Positions 18,134 through 27,117 of a stretch of 64,000 bases of DNA are shown piece by piece. Positions within the stretch are counted from its first letter, which is position 1. Each line of letters opens with the position of its first letter. The translations under genes and the position numbers were made by a program. The notes under the pieces are model-generated. The model was not told the origin of the DNA and searched no databases. It saw nothing but the letters and a program-made list of their open reading frames with translations. The stretch is from an uncultured Gammaproteobacteria bacterium (GTDB taxonomy: Bacteria; Patescibacteriota; Microgenomatia; UBA10105; UBA927). The stretch covers positions 5,865-69,864 of the forward strand of contig CAYUUX010000003.1 in assembly GCA_964448085.1 (NCBI GenBank). The letters run 5' to 3'.

Positions 18134-20560
18134 ATGGAATTAACCGGCATTCGTAATACTGTATTTTTAGACAGATATGCGTTGAAAGACGAAGCTGGTA
18201 ATCCTATTGAAAAAACTCCTGAAGATATGTGGCGTCGTGTTGCACATGCGGTTGCAACCATGGAAAAACCAAGCGTGAGGGAACAGTGGGAAGAAAGATT
18301 CTATGACATCATGAGGGATTTTATCTTTGTTCCCGGCGGAAGAATCTTATCTGGAGCCGGCACGGGATACAAAGTTACATTTTATAATTGCTTCGTTATT
18401 CCCAGTCCAAAGGATTCCCGAGGAGGTATCCTTACCACATTATCCAACATGGTCGAAATTATGGCACGGGGAGGAGGGGTTGGTATCAATTTATCAACAT
18501 TGCGTCCGAGAGGATCTCGCGTGAAAAAAGTAAACGGGTTTTCTTCAGGACCGATCAATTGGGCAGAACTTTTTTCTGTTGCGACAAAAGATATTATTCA
18601 GCAGGGTGGGACGAGACGCGGTGCCCTCATGCTCATGTTGTGGGACTGGCATCCAGATATTGAGGAGTTCATAACAGTAAAAAAAGATCTGACAAAAATT
18701 AACGGAGCAAATCTTTCCGTTTGTGTATCTGACGCCTTTATGACCGCCGTTAAAAATGATGCGGATTGGGATTTAGTGTTTCCGGACACTCAGGATCCGG
18801 ACTATGACACGAAATGGGATGGGTACATGCCCAATTGGATCGCCTTGGGAAAAAAACCAAAAATCGTTCGGACGATAAAAGCGCGGGCGTTATGGGATCA
18901 GATAGCAACCTCCGCATGGGCAAGCGCGGAACCAGGCGTAGTATTCATGGAACGCTATAACAAACAATTCAACAATTATTATTATGAATTCGTCAATTGC
19001 GTAAACCCATGTGGAGAAGAAGGGCTTCCATACTGGGGGGTATGTAATTTATGTTCCATTAACCTTGCTGCGCTTGTTGATGCACAGGGAAACATGGATT
19101 ATGAACGGTTGGCCCAGGTGGCAAAGATAGGCGTACGGTTTCAGGATAATGTCGTCGATGCCGATGTATATATTTTTGATGAAATCAAAAAAGTACAACT
19201 GCAGGGGGAACGTCGTATTGGTCTTGGAACCATGGGATTGGGTGACGCATTGATTAAAATGCATATCCGGTACGGATCGCCGGAGAGTTTATTGGTGATT
19301 GATAAAATATACAGAACCGTTCGTGATGCCGCTTATGAGTCGTCAATAGACATTGCGAAAGAAAAGGGAGCATTCCCAAAAATCGATAAGAAAAAACACG
19401 TAGAAGGGTATTTTGTGCGACAGCTTCCCGATAGATTGAAAAATAAACTGCGCCGATACGGGATACGCAATTCTTTACTCCTGCAGCAGGCCCCGACGGG
19501 TTCCACATCGCTATTGGCAGGAGTATCCAGTGGTATCGAACCCGTATTCGAATTTGAGTTTATTCGTCGCGATCGTTTGGGAGAACATTTGATCAGACAC
19601 CCACTGTATGATGCATGGGTTGAATCGTTCAAAAATGAATATGGACACGAACCCACAAAGGAGGAACGACCGGACTATTTTGCGTCTGCCAATGACTTAA
19701 CTCCGGAAAATCATGTGGAAGTGCAAGCGGCTATCCAGAAATATGTGGATGCATCCATCAGCAAAACAGTGAACGCTCCCAACGCGCATACGGTTGAGGA
19801 TGTGAAGCGGGTATATACAAAAGCATATGAATTGGGATGTAAGGGTATTGCATATATGCGGGAAGGGAGTAGGCAGGGTGTATTAACAAGAACGGAAGCT
19901 GAAAAAAAGGAAGAACCTGTTCATGAAGAAACAGTTCCCCTTGTTCCAGAAGTAAAACCAAGACCTTCTATTGTTCATGGGTCAACATATCAAGTCGAAA
20001 CGCCGGTTGGGCAAGCATATGTAACGGTGAATACGAATGGAGGAAATCAGCCAATTGAGATGTTTATAAATGTCGGAAAAGCAGGAAGTGACGTTACTGC
20101 CATGGCGGAAGCGGTTGGAAGATTAATATCTCTTATTTTGCGTATCGCATCACCAATTGCACCGATGGAGCGGGCAAGAAAAATTGCAGCAGAACTTATC
20201 GGTATCGGCGGCGCTCGATCTTTAGGTTTTGGAGAAAATAGGGTAAGAAGCCTGCCTGATGCGGTTGCAAAAGTCATAGATAGACATTTTGGTTTTTTTG
20301 CAAAACACCGACTAGATGCATCTGCAACAGAGCCAGACAGGGTTGTTGGAGACCATCAGGGGGAGCAAGGGGAAAAGCAGGAAGAAAATATCGAGGCATT
20401 GCTTGCAAAGATGGGCGCTTCACCCCAACAGATAATGGTGCAGAAACCATCAGAAAACCGCATGGTTACCGTGGACTTGTGTCCCAAGTGCGGGGAGGGC
20501 AGTCTTGTTTTTGAGGAGTCCTGCAAAAAGTGTTACAGCTGCGGATATTCAGAATGTTGA
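18134..20560 (+). CDS. nrdJ: Ribonucleotide reductase, class II (adenosylcobalamin-dependent, NrdJ) with a C-terminal zinc ribbon
   Basis: Active-site NPCGEEGLP and C-terminal CPKCGEG...CKKCYSCG. No adjacent NrdB/NrdG partner. It is immediately followed by a PduO-type adenosyltransferase and preceded by nrdR. Confidence 0.75.
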   Translation: MELTGIRNTVFLDRYALKDEAGNPIEKTPEDMWRRVAHAVATMEKPSVREQWEERFYDIMRDFIFVPGGRILSGAGTGYKVTFYNCFVIPSPKDSRGGILTTLSNMVEIMARGGGVGINLSTLRPRGSRVKKVNGFSSGPINWAELFSVATKDIIQQGGTRRGALMLMLWDWHPDIEEFITVKKDLTKINGANLSVCVSDAFMTAVKNDADWDLVFPDTQDPDYDTKWDGYMPNWIALGKKPKIVRTIKARALWDQIATSAWASAEPGVVFMERYNKQFNNYYYEFVNCVNPCGEEGLPYWGVCNLCSINLAALVDAQGNMDYERLAQVAKIGVRFQDNVVDADVYIFDEIKKVQLQGERRIGLGTMGLGDALIKMHIRYGSPESLLVIDKIYRTVRDAAYESSIDIAKEKGAFPKIDKKKHVEGYFVRQLPDRLKNKLRRYGIRNSLLLQQAPTGSTSLLAGVSSGIEPVFEFEFIRRDRLGEHLIRHPLYDAWVESFKNEYGHEPTKEERPDYFASANDLTPENHVEVQAAIQKYVDASISKTVNAPNAHTVEDVKRVYTKAYELGCKGIAYMREGSRQGVLTRTEAEKKEEPVHEETVPLVPEVKPRPSIVHGSTYQVETPVGQAYVTVNTNGGNQPIEMFINVGKAGSDVTAMAEAVGRLISLILRIASPIAPMERARKIAAELIGIGGARSLGFGENRVRSLPDAVAKVIDRHFGFFAKHRLDASATEPDRVVGDHQGEQGEKQEENIEALLAKMGASPQQIMVQKPSENRMVTVDLCPKCGEGSLVFEESCKKCYSCGYSEC

Positions 20561-20563
20561 TAT

Positions 20564-21103
20564 ATGACTATTTACACCCGAACGGGCGATAGTGGAACAA
20601 CTGCTTTGTTTGGGGGAAAGCGTGTATCAAAAGGAGATTCCAGAGTTGAGTCATATGGATCGATAGATGAGCTGAATAGCGCCCTAGGGTTACTTTTATC
20701 CTTTCTTCCCGATACGATGCGCCAAAGGAAAATTCTGCACAGCATTCAGCAAGACTTGTTTACGTGTGCATCCTGTATAGCGGGAAACAACATCAACATG
20801 GATGGCATTCAGGAACGGATCCGCGACATAGAAGAGACAATCGATGCAATGGACAAAAGCGTACCGGATTTACATAACTTTATTCTTCCCGGCGGATCCC
20901 CCGCCGGCGCATTAGCGCATGTTGTGCGGACAATATGTCGGAAGACGGAACGTATGGTTGTAAAAGAAAACACAAGAGGAAGATACGACGTGGTCGTTGC
21001 ATATCTCAATCGTGTTTCAGACTTGTTATTTGTGCTCGCAAGGTTTATAAATAAGATCGACGGTGCTAAAGAAGAATTGTGGAGGGGCAACGTCAAAATG
21101 TGA
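20564..21103 (+). CDS. pduO: ATP:cob(I)alamin adenosyltransferase, PduO type
   Basis: Signature N-terminus MTIYTRTGDSGTTALFGG and ~180 aa size. Confidence 0.85.
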   Translation: MTIYTRTGDSGTTALFGGKRVSKGDSRVESYGSIDELNSALGLLLSFLPDTMRQRKILHSIQQDLFTCASCIAGNNINMDGIQERIRDIEETIDAMDKSVPDLHNFILPGGSPAGALAHVVRTICRKTERMVVKENTRGRYDVVVAYLNRVSDLLFVLARFINKIDGAKEELWRGNVKM

Positions 21104-21104
21104 A

Positions 21105-21252
21105 TGCGCGAGGAAGACCGTGAAAATCGGTCACTGTGCCGCAACGGTAATTCTGCCTTGGCAGGACAGTCCGGAACTCTCATTCATATATCCCGAGCAG
21201 GAAAATGAAAATTGGTAGCCTTCTCGGGTACAGCGTATCGAGAAGGTTTTTT
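21105..21252 (+). promoter_or_regulatory. 5' leader with alternative antiterminator/terminator hairpins; candidate cobalamin riboswitch
   Basis: Terminator: ccttctcg (21219-21226) pairs with cgagaagg (21239-21246), then a T6 run, ending 15 nt before the RBS/ATG at 21268. An alternative stem cccgag (21192-21197) with ctcggg (21223-21228) overlaps the terminator's 5' arm. Upstream, GTGAAAATCGG ... CCGCAACGGTAA resemble cobalamin-riboswitch core motifs. Confidence 0.4.
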
Positions 21253-21267
21253 AATGGGAGATAGTGT

Positions 21268-21687
21268 ATGAAAATAAAATCGCATTTGAAGACATATTTT
21301 TTAGTTGTCTGCTGTGTTGTTCTTGGGGTTTTATTTGTGAGAAACGGTCTGCAGGGGAAACAAACGCCGCAAACAAGTGTTGAGCAGGAATCGGTTCCTG
21401 CAAGTGTTGTAACCATAAATGATGCAACGCGTATTGTAACGGGGAGGGAACAGGCAAAAACGCCGTTTGAAGCCTTGTCATTTCTGGCTAAAAAAAATAA
21501 TATTCCTGTTGTAACAAAATCATATGATTTTGGCATATTTGTCCAGTCGATAGGAGACAAAGAATCTGGGTCTGAGATGGCATGGATTTATTATGTCAAT
21601 GGAGCGGCCGGAAACGTTGCATCGGACAAATATGAATTGAAAGAAAACGATAGTGTTGAGTGGAAATATGAAAAGTCGATATATTAA
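21268..21687 (+). CDS. Secreted DUF4430-like protein (cobalamin-binding/uptake-associated family)
   Basis: Signal peptide and a ~110-aa beta-rich domain (…VEWKYE). This family typically sits beside B12 transporters and behind B12 riboswitches. The family assignment is from memory. Confidence 0.45.
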   Translation: MKIKSHLKTYFLVVCCVVLGVLFVRNGLQGKQTPQTSVEQESVPASVVTINDATRIVTGREQAKTPFEALSFLAKKNNIPVVTKSYDFGIFVQSIGDKESGSEMAWIYYVNGAAGNVASDKYELKENDSVEWKYEKSIY

Positions 21688-22210
21688 TGCAGAATTTATG
21701 GAAATTCTATTTTTTTCATTTATTGGAATCATTTCTCGCTTGGTGCCCCATCTTCCCAATATGACAACGATCGGTGCGGCTTCGGTATTTATGGGCGCAA
21801 AATTCGGAGTGAAAAAAGGAATGCTTGTGATGCTGCTTACTATGTTGATAACAGACAGTATTAAAGGATTGCATTCCGTTATGTGGGCAACCTATGGAGC
21901 TTTATTTATTGCGGTGTTGATAGGGAAATATGCGATCGGCAACCGTCGGGCCGGATGGATAATGGGGGGTACCCTGCTCTCCTCTCTCATCTTTTTTATC
22001 GTTTCCAATTTTGCCGTTTGGCTATCCCCGCATTTTATGTATCCTTTAACTCCAGATGGTTTGATGCGCTGTTATGTAATGGCTTTGCCGTTTTTTAGAA
22101 ATTCTTTGATCGGCGATGTACTTTATACGGTGATTTTCTTTGGGGTATATGATATCGTTCTCTCAATAAAAAGAAGCTATTCGTTGCAGAGACAAATCGC
22201 TAATCAGTGA
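21653..22210 (+). CDS. Small polytopic membrane protein, possible ECF-type S-component (vitamin uptake)
   Basis: ~5-6 hydrophobic helices in ~170 aa. It overlaps or abuts the DUF4430-like gene. Alternative starts are at 21668 or 21698. Confidence 0.4.
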   Translation: MLSGNMKSRYINAEFMEILFFSFIGIISRLVPHLPNMTTIGAASVFMGAKFGVKKGMLVMLLTMLITDSIKGLHSVMWATYGALFIAVLIGKYAIGNRRAGWIMGGTLLSSLIFFIVSNFAVWLSPHFMYPLTPDGLMRCYVMALPFFRNSLIGDVLYTVIFFGVYDIVLSIKRSYSLQRQIANQ

Positions 22211-22249
22211 GGCTTTCCCATCTGTACCATCATCGCGTAATTTTCTGCT

Positions 22250-22654
22250 ATGATTAGAAGTATGAATAACCTGCCTGATACCAGGAATAGTTCTAATACT
22301 ATAGCAACTCCGGCAAATCCAGTGGGGAGAGTAAATAAAGAATTAGAACCTTCAGCAATCGGGAACAGTGAGCCTGCAGTTAGAGATGCTGCAAAGGAAA
22401 TCGATCTTCCAAAAGAACTTACTTCATTTGGTGTCCATACGACATCAACAGTAGTACCGATACCCCCGCCGGTACAACAAATGGGAGTGATGCCTACCGG
22501 TCAAAATATTCCCAACGCCGGAATCTCCATCTCATTACCGTTGTCTGATGATCAAATAGCGCAAGGAATGCGAACGAGCGTGCTGGATTCGTTCCGTTGG
22601 TTAGCGGAGTGGTGTAAGCGGCAATTAAAACGCATCGGTATGGTAAAAGCATAA
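22250..22654 (+). CDS. Hypothetical protein (134 aa) co-transcribed with the membrane ATPase
   Basis: Stop is 1 nt before the next ATG. Pro/Ser-rich with a basic amphipathic C-terminus. No recognisable domain. Confidence 0.3.
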   Translation: MIRSMNNLPDTRNSSNTIATPANPVGRVNKELEPSAIGNSEPAVRDAAKEIDLPKELTSFGVHTTSTVVPIPPPVQQMGVMPTGQNIPNAGISISLPLSDDQIAQGMRTSVLDSFRWLAEWCKRQLKRIGMVKA

Positions 22655-22655
22655 T

Positions 22656-25004
22656 ATGCCAATAGAGACAACTGCCATTATCAGCAAACTTGAAACCTTC
22701 GGTATAAGCCTGTTTATGCTCATTCTGTTGGGTGCATTATGTCTTGGTGTTATCTATGCAATTTTTCTCCTATGGAAGTATCGGGGTCGTGAGGCACGAT
22801 CGCTTTCATATGTGTTACTGCAAATAGCCGTGCCCAGAGAAAATGAGATCAAAATCGATGCTGCGGAACAAATGTTTTCCAGTATTTACGGAATTTACAA
22901 TAATAAATGGTGGGCCTTTATCCAACCACAAGAACACATCTCTTTTGAGATTGTTGCCCGGAGGGAAGATATTCGGTTTTATGTGTCCGTTCCAAAGAAC
23001 ATCATGGATCTAGTGGAAAAACAGATCCATGGAGCATATCCCGGCGCAGATATCAAAGAAGTTGAAGAGCAGTCGATATTTTCGGAGAAAGGAAAGGTTG
23101 CATTTGCCGCTCTGCGTCTTCGGTATGGGAATCATTATCCGTTACGCACCTATCGGGATCTTCCAACTGACGCGCTGTCATCGATTACATCGGTTCTTGC
23201 CAAAATGCAGGAAGGTGAAGGAGCTGTCATCCAGGTATTAATACAACCAACAGGGGACAGATGGAAACGAACTGGCCGATCATATATAGCAAAGGTAAAA
23301 AAAGATGAGGCTAATCCAGAGAAGGCAAATTTTAAAGTGAATGCAAAATCGCTTGAAGCGATTGAACAAAAACTCCAGAAGCCCGGTTTTAATACGGTGA
23401 TCCGCTTGGTAGTGACTTCAGAAACAAAAGAACAGGCAAAAATTCACTTAAAAAATATCATAGCTTCATTTGGGCAATTTTCCTCAGATAATAATTCTTT
23501 CTGGGAAGTAAAATTTCCCATAAAACATTTATTCCTAACCGATTTTATCTATCGGTACTTTCCAATTTTCAATGTGCCCCTTCTTCGACAATTCAGCGTT
23601 TTGAATACCGATGAGTTGGCAAGCGTCTATCATTTGCCAAATAAGACCATTGAAACACCACATATTTTTTGGCTTAACGCGAAACGTGCACCGGCACCGC
23701 TGTTAATTCCGCAGTCAGGTCTTTATTTAGGTATGTCCAAATATCGAGGTGTGGAACGTCCAATATATGTAGGGGACGATGACAGAAGACGGCATATGTA
23801 TGTGATCGGTAAAACGGGAACCGGTAAATCACAACTTTTGGAAGAATTAGTGATGCAGGATATCAATTCGGGGAAAGGCGTTGCGGTGATTGATCCACAT
23901 GGAGATCTCATTTCAGGTATCTTAGCGAGAATGCCGGTTTCTCGTGCTGAAGATGTGATTTATTTCGATCCTTCGGACACGGAACGACCCATGGGATTGA
24001 ATATGCTGGAAGCAAAAACAGAAGAACAAAAACATTTCGTTGTCACTTCAATTGTCGGCCTTATGTACAAATTATACGATCCGATGAAAACCGGTATAAT
24101 CGGTCCGCGGTTTGAACATGCGATACGAAATGCCATGTTGACGGTTATGAGTGAACCCGGGAATACGTTCGTTGAGGTTGTCAGAGCATTGACGGATCAG
24201 TCGTTTGTGCAGGAGCTTCTGCCAAAAGTATCGGATCCTTTAATACGAAGGTACTGGACTGATCAGATAGCGCAAACCGCAGATTTTCATAAATCGGAAG
24301 TGCTTGATTATATTGTTTCAAAATTTGGGCGGTTTGTTACGAATAAGCTCATGCGCAACATTATAGGACAGTCATCTTCTTCGTTTGATTTTAGAAAGGT
24401 AATGGATGAGGGAAAAATATTACTGGTAAATCTTGCGAAAGGAAAATTGGGAGAAGAAAACAGTAATTTCCTCGGGCTTATTCTCGTACCGCGTATTTTG
24501 GTTGCGGCAATGAGCAGACAAGAAATTCCTGAAGCCGATAGACGAGATTTTTATCTCTATGTGGATGAATTTCAAAATTTTGCAACGCCAGATTTTGCGC
24601 AGATACTATCAGAGGCCAGAAAATATCGGTTGAATTTGATCGTTGCCAACCAATTTATTGGGCAGATGGAGGAGGAGGTTAAGAATGCTGTGTTTGGGAA
24701 CGTTGGAACCCTTGTCGCATTTCGTGTCGGAGTGACTGATGCCAATTATCTTCAGCACGAATTTCAGCCGACGTTCTCTGAATCCGATCTTATCAATATT
24801 GATAAATATAATGCCTATATTAAAACAATCGTTCATAACGAACCCGCGAAACCCTTTTCTATTGATTTGACGAAAAATATGAGACAAATAGAATCGGCGA
24901 GGAATCCGCAGATTGCAAATGCAATTATCCAGCTTTCCCGTTTAAAATATGGGCGTTCGAAGGAATTGGTTGAAGCAGAAGTGTCGGAACGCGCACGATT
25001 ATAA
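22656..25004 (+). CDS. Membrane-anchored HerA/FtsK/TraD-VirD4-superfamily P-loop ATPase (T4SS coupling-protein-like)
   Basis: N-terminal TM helix ISLFMLILLGALCLGVIYAIFLLW. Walker A GKTGTGKS. Walker B YLYVDEFQNF. ~780 aa. Confidence 0.5.
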   Translation: MPIETTAIISKLETFGISLFMLILLGALCLGVIYAIFLLWKYRGREARSLSYVLLQIAVPRENEIKIDAAEQMFSSIYGIYNNKWWAFIQPQEHISFEIVARREDIRFYVSVPKNIMDLVEKQIHGAYPGADIKEVEEQSIFSEKGKVAFAALRLRYGNHYPLRTYRDLPTDALSSITSVLAKMQEGEGAVIQVLIQPTGDRWKRTGRSYIAKVKKDEANPEKANFKVNAKSLEAIEQKLQKPGFNTVIRLVVTSETKEQAKIHLKNIIASFGQFSSDNNSFWEVKFPIKHLFLTDFIYRYFPIFNVPLLRQFSVLNTDELASVYHLPNKTIETPHIFWLNAKRAPAPLLIPQSGLYLGMSKYRGVERPIYVGDDDRRRHMYVIGKTGTGKSQLLEELVMQDINSGKGVAVIDPHGDLISGILARMPVSRAEDVIYFDPSDTERPMGLNMLEAKTEEQKHFVVTSIVGLMYKLYDPMKTGIIGPRFEHAIRNAMLTVMSEPGNTFVEVVRALTDQSFVQELLPKVSDPLIRRYWTDQIAQTADFHKSEVLDYIVSKFGRFVTNKLMRNIIGQSSSSFDFRKVMDEGKILLVNLAKGKLGEENSNFLGLILVPRILVAAMSRQEIPEADRRDFYLYVDEFQNFATPDFAQILSEARKYRLNLIVANQFIGQMEEEVKNAVFGNVGTLVAFRVGVTDANYLQHEFQPTFSESDLINIDKYNAYIKTIVHNEPAKPFSIDLTKNMRQIESARNPQIANAIIQLSRLKYGRSKELVEAEVSERARL

Positions 25005-25064
25005 AATTCCCCCTTTACTTTACGTCCAATTACGATACACTTTTAAAATATTAGCGAATTATTT

Positions 25065-26471
25065 ATGGATCAATCAGAGGAGCCGCTTAATCCCACAATT
25101 CAAAAACGCCACGAAAAAGTCGTTTATATCTTTAATCTTTCCGAGGACGTATGGCCGTTTATTAAGGCGATGTCTGATACGCACGAACGGCAATTTGAAA
25201 TAGATTGGAACGCGAATCTTGCTGAGCGCGACCTGCTTTCCATTGCGGAAGAAAACGAAGCGATTTTTATTTCTCCCCGACCAATACGACAGTCATTCCT
25301 TACGTACCATGAACAGGTGTTTGGCGCAAAACACATAAAAATACTGGTACCAAAAACACACACGGGGGAAATATGTGAAGACATTATTAACGATAACGAA
25401 GTAATGGATGAGTTGGTAGCTGCGGCAAATTCGGTAAAAAAATTAACACTGCTTAGCTATTCAACAAGCCCGCAATTTTTCCATCTCGTTGAAGTTCTGC
25501 AAAAAAAAGATATTTCCGTATATACGCCCGAATCCCCAGAGGTATCCAGCGCTTGGACGGTAAATTTTTTCGGGAGCAAATCCGGCATACGGCAATTGGC
25601 ACAAAAAAGCGGAGCAATCGAGCCCGATTTTAAAATCGCTGACGGTCTTATCTGTTCATCAATTTACGACGCCGCCATGATAGCCGCAAACAAGTTTGTA
25701 AAAGAAGACGGCGTGGTCATTAAAACGAACAAAGGGCACTCAGGTGCGGGAGTATTATTGTTCCGTTCCGGAGATCTTCCGAAGGAATATAAATCATGCG
25801 AACAAGCAATACATAAGATTTTAAAAAAAGACAGTTATTGGGAAAAGTTTCCCATTGTTATCGAAGATCTTCTCAATGTAAATTCCGCGATAGGCGGTGG
25901 ATTCCCGAATGTGGAATTTAAAATAACCAAGAGTGGAAAAATAGAATTTTTGTATTATTGCGCAATGCGGGTTGATCGGGATGGAATATATAAAGGACAA
26001 GAGATGCATGAATCCGTGCTTCCTGACCGCATTGCGGCTCGAGTGATTGATACTGGGTATTTCATCGGCGAACAATATGCAGCCGCGGGGTATCGTGGGT
26101 ACTTCGATGTCGATTTTGTCGCGGCAAAAAATGGAGAGATTTATGTGACAGAGTCAAACGCACGACGCACGGGCGGAACACATATGTATAAGACCGCGGA
26201 GAATCTTATTGGAAAAGAATTTATGACAGATTCGTATACCTTATCGAATAACGATTACGCGCTCCCGAAAGGAAAAAAACCTTCGTTTTCAGAAATAATT
26301 ACCGTATTGCAACCGGTTTTGTTTGACAAGAAAACAAAGGAGGGGGTTGTTCTGGCTTCATCGAATTTATTGGAACAAAGTAAATTCGCATATATAGTCT
26401 TCGGAAAGAACGAAAAGCGGTCTTTGGAATTAGAGGGGGAAATGGAGCAACTGCTTACTACACTTCAGTAA
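25065..26471 (+). CDS. ATP-grasp family enzyme with a ~200-aa N-terminal extension
   Basis: VVIKTNKGHSGAGVLLF (Lys plus Gly-rich loop) and the C-terminal YVTESNARRTGGTH (E-x-N-x-R) typical of ATP-grasp ligases. Confidence 0.5.
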   Translation: MDQSEEPLNPTIQKRHEKVVYIFNLSEDVWPFIKAMSDTHERQFEIDWNANLAERDLLSIAEENEAIFISPRPIRQSFLTYHEQVFGAKHIKILVPKTHTGEICEDIINDNEVMDELVAAANSVKKLTLLSYSTSPQFFHLVEVLQKKDISVYTPESPEVSSAWTVNFFGSKSGIRQLAQKSGAIEPDFKIADGLICSSIYDAAMIAANKFVKEDGVVIKTNKGHSGAGVLLFRSGDLPKEYKSCEQAIHKILKKDSYWEKFPIVIEDLLNVNSAIGGGFPNVEFKITKSGKIEFLYYCAMRVDRDGIYKGQEMHESVLPDRIAARVIDTGYFIGEQYAAAGYRGYFDVDFVAAKNGEIYVTESNARRTGGTHMYKTAENLIGKEFMTDSYTLSNNDYALPKGKKPSFSEIITVLQPVLFDKKTKEGVVLASSNLLEQSKFAYIVFGKNEKRSLELEGEMEQLLTTLQ

Positions 26472-26592
26472 TAACCGTTCTTCGGTAAATTTTGGTATAA
26501 TTTCTGGTATTACCGTTCGGAGCTGTAGTTCATCGGTTAGAACGCGATCCTTATAAGATCGATGTAGATGGTCCGACTCCATCCAGCTCCAC

Positions 26593-27117
26593 ATGGAACA
26601 AGTGATTTTAGTAGACGATAAGAACCGCCGTATAGGGGTTTGTCCTAAGGAGACGGTACATACCCAAAATACTCCTTTGCATCGCGCATTTTCCGTGTTT
26701 CTTTTTAACAGCAATCATGAGTTGTTGCTTACAAAAAGAGCTGCAACAAAAAAAACGTTTGCGGGTGTATGGACGAATAGCGTGTGTGGGCATGTCTCTC
26801 CCGGAGAAAAAACTTTTTTGTCAGCCAAACGCAGGACGCAGGAAGAATTGGGGATTGCCCCACACGCCATCAGAAAAGTCTCGCCGTATAGATATTCCTT
26901 TAAAGATGCGAATGGAATTGTCGAAAACGAAATATGTCCAATTTACGTGGGATATGCTGCTATGGATCCAAAACCCAATAAGAAGGAAGTAGAAGACTGG
27001 AAATGGATAGCATGGGATAAGTTTCTTTCCCAAATTCAATCTCATCCGGGTTCATATTCTCCGTGGTGTGAGGAAGAAGCCATGATTCTTCGTTCACGCA
27101 ATATTTTCAACCGATAA
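26593..27117 (+). CDS. idi: Isopentenyl-diphosphate delta-isomerase, type 1 (Nudix fold)
   Basis: HRAFSVFLFN, TFAGVWTNSVCGH and RRTQEELGI match the IDI-1 catalytic Cys/Glu region. Confidence 0.8.
   Translation: MEQVILVDDKNRRIGVCPKETVHTQNTPLHRAFSVFLFNSNHELLLTKRAATKKTFAGVWTNSVCGHVSPGEKTFLSAKRRTQEELGIAPHAIRKVSPYRYSFKDANGIVENEICPIYVGYAAMDPKPNKKEVEDWKWIAWDKFLSQIQSHPGSYSPWCEEEAMILRSRNIFNR

Noticed and set aside
26430-26714. 94-aa minus ORF between the ATP-grasp gene and idi
   Set aside because: It overlaps both flanking plus-strand genes' ends and starts. It has no motifs and is probably non-coding.
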